DNA of 64,000 bases, taken from assembly GCA_903813345.2 (NCBI GenBank), contig CAIIXF020000001.1, forward strand, positions 620,001 through 684,000, in the 5' to 3' direction. The translations under genes were made by a program, and so were the position numbers. Origin of the DNA: Owenia fusiformis. Its lineage: Eukaryota. Below the pieces are notes generated by a model, which made no database searches, was not told the DNA's origin, and saw nothing but the letters and a program-made list of their open reading frames with translations. Below, piece after piece: positions 53,184 through 64,000 of this stretch (positions are counted from its first letter, which is position 1; each line of letters starts with the position of its first letter).

Positions 53184-53682
53184 TATATGTGCCACTTCGT
53201 CATCAATGCTGTTAATTCGCACATAACAGCTAAAAAGTATATACTCATCGTTTTCTGACATTTTGTTGTTATTCGATATTCTAAAAAGGGATTATGGACA
53301 ACTCAAACCCTGGTATTTTTAGGATTTTTATATCATATTATCAATTTATATTTGATTTTCAGAATACTTTCAAATGTTTTTGTTATTCGTTTGATCAGTT
53401 TTAACTTATAAAACATATATTAAATTAATAAAGAAGATTTCATCATTAGCATATTGTTGTTCATTATGTGTTCATGTAATATTATATGTTAATGTTTTTC
53501 AGAATATTGCTCTTGTTGCCACGATATAAGGGCAAATTCACGATAATTGATATTTTCAAATATAGTCAAATGCTGTTATTCTACCAAAAGCCCGAGCCAT
53601 GTGTGTTAGTATCAACGACAAATAATGTGTGCCATTCGTTTACTTGTGCTATATTCCTCTCTTGATTATGTATCAGCCTTAC

Positions 53683-53698
53683 CGAAACACGTCGGACC
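53683..53698 (-). CDS. Candidate 16-nt microexon of the channel gene, (x)SDVF(R)
   Basis: ttttcag|ggtccgacgtgtttcg|gtaagg. Its phase-2 end fits exon 51278 to give SDVFRADVMKDLL. Confidence 0.35.
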
Positions 53699-54949
53699 CT
53701 GAAAATGTTTGTCATGTGAATTTGATTAGATAGACCAATATACCATACCAGAATAAATATTTGTATTCTTCCCATTATATCTAACATTACTAGCACAAAA
53801 TTTATTGTGCTTTAATAATGTATCACTGCTTTGCTATATGAGCCAATTTTAGTCACACACTAGTTTACATTACGGCACTACTACACACAAATTCTGCCAT
53901 GTAATGTAATCGTATACATTCCTCAATTCGAATAGCAGCTTTTAATCAGAAAATATTCATTCATCTTCCTGATACTCTTCAAATATTAAACACGAATATA
54001 CAAACTTTGATTAGGCTAATCAAACAATGGCCTCGATTGTGACGTACTGTACGTGTATGGTAGCCATGAGTTATGATTTACCCTAAAACGAGGGTCATTA
54101 CCCAGTTTCATTACCAGAAGCAGTTTGTTTCTTTGCTTGTTTGTTTGTGTTGAACAAGTATTAACTTTTGTGTCATCGTTAGCAGCATGCATTCACGTAT
54201 ATCAATATACTAAATAAATATAAATTTAATGTTACCAAACAAGTTTTTTTCTTTGTCTATAACATGTTAGTTTCTACTAATGCCAAGACGCTTTCGTTTT
54301 CTACATCCGCAAAAAGCTATATATTTCTTCCTTTTGACGCCATAGTTAAATTGTGTTCTATGGTACCTACAAAGATATGTATATCAACAGGGTAGCAAGG
54401 ACACTCGATTTCAATTGTCAATGTTGTTTAAAATGTTGTCTAAAAAGTGAGGTGTCCTTCCACGGAGAGAAGGTAGTTCGATAATTGGACTTCTTTAATG
54501 GCCTGTCTATTTTATACAAAATAGCAAAATGAATACCAATGTTAATGCTACCAGGAGGAATTGGACCTGCAGGCCTTACTATTTATACATATTTTTCCTG
54601 TTTTGAAAACTTTCAATATGAGATGTATATTTCTTAGTTTCTCAAAATTGTCGTTGCGGATTTATCTATACATCGTTATTTCAATCACCGCCGTCATTTT
54701 TCAAACGAGTCACGTTGAAATATCAGAACGTCGTGCTATTCTCAATCTTGAAGAACTAAATGTGGCTGTCATTCACCATTTATTAAGCAGTAAAAAATAG
54801 TTTGCTACATTGGTGACAAAATGTTTCCTGTTGAATGTCGAGTCTTTAATCATACGAATGTAATTTTAGGCGATCTGTTTGAATGGGGTGAAATTATCTC
54901 TTATGCCAGAGAAGAAGTTTTGTGGGTAATTTTGATCGACACTTCCAGA

Positions 54950-55130
54950 GAATATGTAAGCACAAATTCCAAAAGGGAAGGGTGACTAAAAACGTTAAGG
55001 AAACAAGAAAAGCAAACTGTAAGTGTAAATCTGTCATAAGAAAAGTAGACCCTACATGTATATATCCCAAAACGATGATCTAACGTGAAAAGAAACAATG
55101 TCTAACATGCCCCTCCCCCTCCAATCGAGA
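54950..55130. repeat. Fragment of the repeat that forms the 47.3/48.9-kb inverted arms
   Basis: Shares aagcaaactgtaagtgtaaatctgtcataagaaaagtagaccct and flanking sequence. Confidence 0.85.
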
Positions 55131-57309
55131 GCTATTCTCTGGAAATACGTCCAGATAGCAAGATGTTAAAATATAAAGAAGATCAAGCAAACATTCCATG
55201 AGTACTAATAAATCCAAAATGGCATGTCGAAAATCCCCATACCGGACCTCTATAGTGTTTGTACCAGCTATCAGGTGATAGCATTTGTTAATCAGTCAAA
55301 CTAGCTTGTCTGTGTGTCATATCTACTTAATTTATCTAATTCTTACCAAATATCCCAAATCCATTCATTCTCAAAATTCATTGGAGGTGATATTGTTAGA
55401 ATAAATACGGGGAAAGGGGTTTTGCTTGGAAATGGATTAATAAGTAACTTTTACATTAATATTGGTTTTTGACATATGGTTTTCAGTTCAAAAATACACA
55501 CATAATATGAGGCCAATCTCTTACATATTCATAACACTAGCAGAAGATACCCTAAAGTGCCTAAAGTAAAGTTTTCAAATAATTTGAACAATCTATTGTT
55601 GAGAAATTACTTGTCAAATTGATTCCCATTATTAGTACAAACACTATGAAACTGTTGCTGAGAAAATACTTCAATTAAAATTCCCATCCATTCCCCACCT
55701 CCGCCCCACAGTTTTATATACCCTAGTTGTGTATAGAAATATAGTTTATAGTATTATGTACATCCGACACGAAATGCGTTTTGTTCAAGCAGTTCTAGGG
55801 AGCATCACAAATGACACATAAACCAACAAGTCAGGATTATACGTAACTATAAGCTATAAACTGTGTCTTCGTCCTAATAGCATTAGGAAGATTACATATG
55901 ACAAGACAGTCTCTGACTTCTTTGCAATCGGATAATTGGGTTTAGTGTGAGATATACTACTGCACATAAATATTTATCTTAATATCATGTAATATGCATT
56001 CATCTTCCTTTCTCTCATACATCAAAATGTTGTTAAACAAACTTGTATTAGACAAGTTAAACAGTGGTTCTTCTGACATTTATTTACACGAAGTAGCATG
56101 CAGTGTTAATGCCCTTCTTGTTGTGCCAAAATCTACGACCACCACTCAAATATTAATCTCTCGGGTAAATTGGGGACCAATATCAATAGTGAAATCATAT
56201 CTTCGAAGCTGTCAGTTGAAAAGTGATTGTGAGCGAATGCGAAATATTACAATTATATCAACAATATTACATGAGCGAGAGTGAGGTTCAAGTGTCTTGT
56301 TACAGTCAACTATACAACATATTTTATGAATAACTAATTTTAGATATATTGAATTTCTCTGGCTGTAAAAATAGTAAAACCTAAACAATATTTCAACTTG
56401 AGAGAAAATTAAACAAATTGTCACGTTGGAATTAAGGTGTAGTTATTTTGGGTAATGAGGATTAAATGTTGTAATCATCCTGCGACCTTCATTACGGACA
56501 AACCCCGTCAATTTAATGGAAAATCTTTGAAATAATCTTGAACATGTTATAATGAAAGCTTTAATAAAGGAATCGGCTTAAATTGGACTCGGAGGCCCGC
56601 GAATTATAATTTTTGAGCACGTTTCAATTGATATGGGCCAAACCTTTCAAAGACCCCCCCCCCCTTAGATTTTTTCATAAAATTCAGTATCGTCCGTCAG
56701 CTGGTCATGTCCATGGGCCTGCCTTAGTAAAATATGTATATGAGCAGATCTGAGCGGGTCTACTTATTGGTTACACCCCAGTCACATTTGTCGTACGAAG
56801 GGCGTGCGTCGACCGCAGATCAACTAAATCAGTGTATTTCTGCTGCGAGCGTAGGAAAACGTACTATGCTCGCCTTGCGGCCTCCGTACTGCGTCTCCAA
56901 TTTTTTACAGGCCGCAGGGTCGCCGTAGAAATTATAACTCGGAATTATAATATTTGTTCATTTCTGCGGTGCCCGTAGAAATCAACTGGCTAAACAAGAT
57001 TAAATCATTATTTGTCAATGTTTTACGAACACTTTTCATTTGATATTACATCCTAGCACTATGAATAAATTTTATAAAATAAATTATATATTTTTTATTG
57101 GGGACATGCAATGGCAGATCCCCGCCACTCCAACATACTTTATTTAATTTACTCCATCTTGGGAATATACAAAAACCATTGTGTCACCCACTCATTGTAT
57201 ATGTATATTGTATGGGTTTTGAGAATTGAAATAAACAAACAGAAGACATCTAGATGATATAATTTTTCAATAGGCCAGATGCGAGTAGAAATAATCTTGA
57301 TTTACGTCA

Positions 57310-58000
57310 TTGAATATTCTCTACGCTAGATCATTGTTTTAAATAACTAGACTTCGTTTTATTCTACGTTAGATCATTGCTTGAGATAATCCGGATTTGC
57401 TAGACTTTGTTTTATTCTACCTAAGATCATTTTTTGAGATAATTCGGATTTGCTAGACTTTGTTTTAATAATAATAATAATGATAAACTCATTAATGACA
57501 TTGCGCTACCCAACAACCATCCAGCGTTCTATCCGAGAGAAATTTGTGCTTCTGTATGCGGTCCTGCCTCGGAGTCATTTGAGATACATAACTTATAGCT
57601 CATCCTGAAATACATTCATAATAGTGATATCAGACTCGGGCATTAGCCTTGTACCTATATTTGCATAAACTTGCAGAAGATCTTGTAGTCTGAAATTTTT
57701 ATACTACTTTTGAAGATTGTAAATATGTTGTGACCTTATTTATGTTTCATGTTTATGTTTATTCTATTAATCTAAAAATGTAATTAGTTTATATGAAATC
57801 CGATTTGAAATCGGAAATAAAAGATACATACATACATAGTTTTATTTTACATTAGATCATTGTTTGAGATAATCCGGATTTGGTTGACATTGTTTTATTC
57901 TACGTTAGATGATTATTTAAGATGATTGGGATGTATAAGTCATTGTTTATATTTTACGTTGGATCATTGTTTGAGATGATTATAGGATTTGTAAGACTAT
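57310..58000. repeat. ~55-bp tandem repeat split by a ~370-bp insert ending aataaaagatacatacatac
   Basis: ttttattctacgttagatcattg..gagataatccggatttg units on both sides of 57470-57840. Confidence 0.6.
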
Positions 58001-58501
58001 TGTATATTTGTTTGATGTTGTATTTTTCTTCCTTATGCACAGTTCATTGGAGGTATATGTCTTTGATTGATACCGTTTGGCACCCTTGTCGTACTTGTAC
58101 TTACACAGTTTCAACCAACAAAATATACTATAATAAATCGATTAAAATAACTAGAAAATGACGAAATGGCGCGTTAATCAATTTGTTTCAATTTGTTGCC
58201 ATTTTCATAACAGCTCGCAATTAAGAGAAGTTGGCTAATTTCGATTAGTTCTACTTCAAACAACGGGAGATGTATTCAATCTACACGCTTCTTCACTTAA
58301 TACTCAGGACGATCGATTACAAAAATAGTTTGAATTAAGGATCTCTGAAGAGATCCCTACAGCGATGTGTCGTAAAAGAAAAATAAACATGCACATGTTT
58401 TAATTTCATTTCGAGCTGGCAAAATCATTCAGTATTATCTTGTCTCACGATTACTTTTGAGTTGTAGTATATTTTTTCATCAAACGATTATCTATATGTA
58501 A

Positions 58502-59121
58502 CACGCCTAACCATCGACAACGTACAGTGACAAAACATGATGTCGTACACTTTAGATGTGCGGTGTCACAATTAACTACTTTGAGACAAAAACTAGGATG
58601 TAGGTTTGATGTAGGTTTTAAAAAATTAATTTGAAGAATACATAAAGGATTCCATGTTTAATTGTTATGTGTATCCTCTTGGAAAGACTTTAAGCTCTCT
58701 GATTACGTAAAAAGATTCACAGGCAGTGCTCGATTTTTTCAGAGTAAATCTGCCCTCAAAATTTATCGGTTGGAAAATGTTGTTTTATCACATTTCCTTT
58801 GATCATTATTTCCCTCTCGTAGTAGAAAGGTATTACACTTATTGAACTTCTGCACCTTCCAGATATCGCATAAACGGGATTTCAAAAGTCATTTTGAACT
58901 AGCTTTAGCTCTATTGATCTCTCTATCAACTTCATAGATTATTAACATTCATCAAAGTATATCTTAACAGAACATTAACGTAAAAACACCAAATGATCAC
59001 GAGGTCAAAAGGTCAAACATACACCATAGTTTTTTTACAGATTAGTTATAATAGTGACATCCTACATTCAAAGTGTACGATGGTATATTTTGTCACTGTA
59101 CGTTGTCGATGGTTAGGCGTG
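58502..59121. mobile_element. MITE with ~70-bp terminal inverted repeats
   Basis: cacgcctaaccatcgacaacgtacagtgacaaaa ... ttttgtcactgtacgttgtcgatggttaggcgtg. Confidence 0.8.
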
Positions 59122-59907
59122 ATGTATGCGTCTACTTACAATACGAAAATATAGAAATGATATCAAAGGTTTTGATCATCTTAAAATAAAGGCTTATTTC
59201 TTGCATGCCCTGTCATACTAAGCTTGTGTTACGATATAGTCGGCATAGGCGCCAAAAGGAAAAAGTAGAAAAGTATTACACATCACGGTCGTCAAAGGAA
59301 AGCAAACTCGGTCATGTCAATTATGACATCATAATTTTAGGTTCACGTAAAGAGGTTACTGACTGTTGAAAATAGGCCTTCTTTTAATTAAGACAAACGT
59401 TTTGAATGTGAATCATTCTCTTATCAAAATGCAATATTAATGTTCGATGTCCTTTGGGAAATTAAATGTTACAAGCATTCAGAAATCACTTACCAATCGT
59501 AAAATATCGTTTACTATAGCCCACCAGGTAGTGATGAATTATTAATTAATTATATAAGCTTCCATCAATGAACGAATATATTACATAACGTAGTTAAATC
59601 CTAATATTTCCTTTGGTAAGTTATCTGAAGATCTCTAATATTGAATTTCATACTTGAATAGATTGTAAGTGATTGTGCAATCGTAAAATAATATCAAGAA
59701 TGTCCTTGAACGTTTTCATCTTTTGATGTTAATCGTATATCCGCCTTGTGTAGTGTAAATGAAGGTCAGGAATACTTCAATTCATGTATTGTACAAGGGG
59801 AATGCTTCTGAGAACATGCCTTTTGTGGGAAGTGCAATTTTAATTTGTAGAACGCATGTACTTGTATCATTTAGAGAGTCTGATTCAAGTAATATTGTGT
59901 ACAATTG

Positions 59908-60570
59908 GAGAGTTTGTTCTCAGTCTGATTTGAACAATGTTTTATACTATCAGAGAGTCTTATACAAGCAATACTTCTATACTATTAGAGCGTTTATTTT
60001 CAGTCTGATTTGAAAAATGTTTTATACTATCAGAGAGTCTTATTCAAGCAATACTTCCATACTATTAGAGAGTTAGTTCTCAGTCTGATTTGAACAATGT
60101 TTTATACTATCAGAGAATCTTATACAAGCAATACTTACATACTATTAGAGTTTATTCTCAGTCTGATTTGAACAATGTTTTATACTATCAGAGAGTCGTA
60201 TTCCACCAATACTTCCATACTATTAGAGTTTATTCTCAGTCTGATTCGAACAATCAATGAATGTTTTATACTATCAGAGAGTCTAATTCAAGCAATACTT
60301 CCATACTATTAGAGAGTTTGTTCTCAGTCTGATTTGAACAATGTTTTATACTATCAGAGACTCGTATTCCACCAATACTTCCATACTATTAGAGAGTTTA
60401 TTCTCAGTCTGATTCGAACAATCAATGAATGTTTTATACTATCAGAGAGTCTAATTCGAGCAATACTTCCATACTATTAGAGAGTTAGTTCTCAGTCTGA
60501 TTGGAACAATGTTTTATACTATCAGAGAGTTTTATCCAAGCAATACTTCCATACTATTAGAGAGTTTGTT
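59908..60570. repeat. 80-bp minisatellite, about 8 units
   Basis: cagtctgatt recurs at 59921, 60001, 60081 and onward. Confidence 0.92.
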
Positions 60571-60767
60571 TCAAGCAATGTACATGTAAAATTAGTTATA
60601 CTAGCCTAAAGTGCAGTGTCTGATTCAGGCAAGGCTGGTACCCCCGGGGCTGGTACATATTGCAAGGTCTAATGAATGAAAATACATGCAAATGTTACTG
60701 ATCATTCAATCATCTAAATATATTGCTAATTGTTCGGTCATCATTGCTTAATCAACAAATTAGTTAC

Positions 60768-63460
60768 TTTTTTTAAATTTATTTCTATCATTCATTAGCA
60801 TACAAATCAATATTTCAAAATGAAATATTTCAAAAACTTTAAATACATTTTCTCAATCAACAATGTTTCTAACATATTTTTCATATTCAAACATTACAGA
60901 TATATTTTTTCTCTCATTCTTTGAAAACTTAAAGTCATGTATTGTTTTCTTTATTACAAGTGACTTGTATAATAACTTTTTATCTAATATTCCCATCCCT
61001 ATTTTTTCATTATCATTCAAAGCTACATCTTTCCAAATATCTTTAATTGCATTACAATATATAAAAAAGTGTTCAATATTATCAACTTCGTTACATAGTT
61101 TACATAAATCAGATTGTTCTATGTTATATTTTTTAATAAACCACCATGTGGATATATACCATGGAAAATTTTCCATTGGATACTAAAAGACCAGTGTCTG
61201 ACGTACATTTAAATAGCTGATTCCAAATGTCTGAACCAATAGTCAAACCATTAAATTGTACATCACACTGCCTTTCTTTTACAAGCTTATTCCTGGTTTT
61301 CTGTGATGTTAATTTTTCAATTTCTATCCCTCGAAATACTAGTGTTTCACTGGGTTTTATATTACCATACATATGAATTTGATTTAAACAAGCTCTAAAA
61401 TGTTATATTGCATTAAAGTTTCAGCATTTTTCCTATTAATTCAGAAATTACCTCATATGCTTTTAAGTGTCCATTCACAACAACATCTGATATGTAGATT
61501 AAACCCTTTTCTATCCACTTGTGAAAGTACAAGGGATATCTACTTAATACAATATTTCTGTTATTCCATATTATAGATTCATCTGTATAATTGCTATTCT
61601 CAAGCCATGTAAATAATAATTTTTTATAGAAAATGCTCAAATGAGCGATACCTTTCAACTGATCAGCACTTATATTGCTGTTGAAAACACTAAACTTTTT
61701 ACCTAATTTTCCATACATATACTCTGGTATAGCTCTCCAGTGGCCATCGCCATTCTCTGTTAATCTTTTAATCCATTGAATCATGTATGCAATTTGTAAA
61801 TCTTTACAGTTAATCATTTTTAAACCACCACAATCATAGCCTTGTACTAAAATATCTCTTTTTACTTTATCAGGCACCTTTTTAAGGTCTTCCTCTTTGA
61901 ATTTTCCTTTTGCCCATATGAACTTGAACATCATGGTGTTAATTCTATTTAACAATTTATCTGGTAAAATAAATGATTGCATTAAATACGAAAATTGAGA
62001 TAGCAAAAGTGATTTAACAATGACAATTTTACCCATAACAGATAAACTTCTGCCATTCCATGATTTCATGATATTTTCACACTTGATACATTTTGGTTCA
62101 AAATTAACATTATTTTCAACAACACTTGTTGAAGGACTAAAGGTAATTCCTAAAATCTGTATACAATTTTCTAGATATATTTTCCATTTAATTTCACCAG
62201 GATTGTCCTTTCGATTTTTCCACTTAGCTAGCCACAAAGCTTCGGTCTTTTTAACATTTAATTTTAAACTCGACACATCATAAAAAGCTTTAAAAACATG
62301 TATTGTATTATGAAAAGATTGATGATCATGTAAAAATAAAGAGGTATCATCTGCAAATTGCAGTATCTTTGTTTGATCGGCACACCCTTGAATTTTAATA
62401 CCTTTTATGTTTTTTCTTGTCGAACCTTACAAGACAGTAGATCACAAGCTATTATAAATGTCAGTGGAGATAATGGGCAGCCCTGCCGAATGCCACGGTG
62501 CAGATTAATGTCTCCAATTACCCATCCATTATTTAAAATGTGGTTATGGCCATTTTTATTAATAACATCAACCCATTTGATAAATGATGGTCCAAAACCA
62601 AAGTACTCTAATGAATGCAACATGAATTCCTTAGATATCGAATCATACGCTTTTTCATAATCTATTGTTAGCATTATCCCTTGCACATTATTACTGTCAA
62701 TATATACAATCAAATCATCCACCGCCCTTAAAATTGTAGCAGCACTTCTACCTTTAATGTAACCACTCTGGTCTTCATGAATAATTGTTTTAATTACAGT
62801 TTTCAATCTATTAGCTAATATTTTCGTTGCAATCTTATAATCTACATTGGTCAGTGTCAAGGGACGCCAATTCTTTAACTCATCTCGAGGTAAGTTTTTT
62901 GGGAATTAATACCATTAAGCCAGTTTTCTGTGAAGGAGATAGTTCTCCTTTAACAAAGCCTTCATTTAAAGATTCTAGTACACTATTTCCTATTTTAACA
63001 AAGAACATTTCATAAAATGCAGCTGTTATTCCATCTAACCCTGGGCTGGATTCATTTTTCATACCTTTAATTGCTGCTATACATTCATCTTTTGTTATTA
63101 AACCTTCACACTTGTTTTTGTTTTCATTGCTCAGTTTTGGAATTTCGACCCCATTTAAGAAGTCATCAAGAGTTGCTTTCCTGTATTGTATTTTCTTTGC
63201 ATAGAGATCACTGTAAAATCTATTAATTTCAGTTGCAATTTGTTTGTTATCACTTACTTTTAAGCCTCCATTAAGTTTCAAAGAATAAATGTGTTTTTAT
63301 TGGCTTTTGCCTTTTCTAAAGACAGAAAACATTTTGTGCTTTTTTCTCCTTTTTCGGACCATTGTGCCTTTGACCGTATTTGTGCACCCTTTGCTTCAGT
63401 CAGTGATAACATTTCATATTGCATTTTACATTCATTTACCTTTTGATTATCTAGCTAATA
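60768..63460 (-). mobile_element. 5'-truncated L1/Tx1-clade LINE with frameshifted ORF2
   Basis: SPGLDG..FY, TLTNVDYKIATKILANRL, DYEKAYD, GIRQGCPLSP, QFADD and C-terminal CKLC..IEHFFIYC. AATAAA and a short poly(A) at 60768-60785. Confidence 0.92.
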
Positions 63461-64000
63461 TCTTACATCTTACTGTAATTTATACCAGATTTAGAGGCTC
63501 TCGGAAGTAAAATCTAAATATATTGCTAATTGTTCGGTCATCATTGCTTAATCAATAAATTAGTTACATCTTACTGTAATTTAGAGGCTCTCGGAAATTA
63601 CAATGTTCGAATTGAAAAATAAATGGCGTGCCGAACAGTTGAGCAGTACCTTCTATAATAAAATGCTATTAGGACATGCGACCCTTCGTGTTATCATTTA
63701 AAGTGATGCATAAACAAAGTGATTATCAACATCATCATCGTTAGTTTGACACTTCTAGTTGATTACGAAAACAATAACGAGTCAGCGTTGACCAAAAATT
63801 AACTTAACAATACATACATAACGATGTATTCGAAACGAAACGAAAGTTGCCAATTGTGCAAAGTGCGATTGACAGAATCAATTATAGTGCTACGATTTCT
63901 AAAGAGACTTTGTACGATTATACCCTTCTCTGCGCGCATGGTAGTACGACTAGTAAATGGGGACACCAATATTTTCTTTAGTAAAATGGGACGCCCATAT

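Noticed and set aside
54050-59560. Signal-peptide exon of the channel
   Set aside because: Candidate minus-strand donors (~54078, ~55345, ~58103, ~59492) have no upstream open hydrophobic frame with an ATG.
59908-60570. 80-bp satellite as an exon-derived array
   Set aside because: No recognisable exon or splice junction at either edge.

Overview
AT-rich, repeat-dense eukaryotic DNA, probably from a marine invertebrate; nothing prokaryotic is present. Most of the window is intronic sequence of one minus-strand host gene that the ORF track largely misses. It is a Cys-loop ligand-gated ion channel of the glycine-receptor/GluCl/GABA-A type. Three exons are secure (21218-21154, 20403-20177, 19148-19066), one upstream exon is probable (51278-51220) and one 16-nt microexon is possible (53698-53683). 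The introns hold nested mobile elements: a 14.5-kb AcademX DNA transposon with a Gmr1-like Gypsy element inside it, a decayed Gypsy with an intact extra zinc-finger ORF, CR1/L2 and Tx1/L1 LINEs, Tc1/mariner derivatives and MITEs. The most striking observation is that two consecutive exons are each preceded by a tandem array built from that exon's own splice acceptor plus its first bases (about 30 x 78 bp and about 11 x 40 bp). All calls come from reading the sequence by eye; no searches were run.
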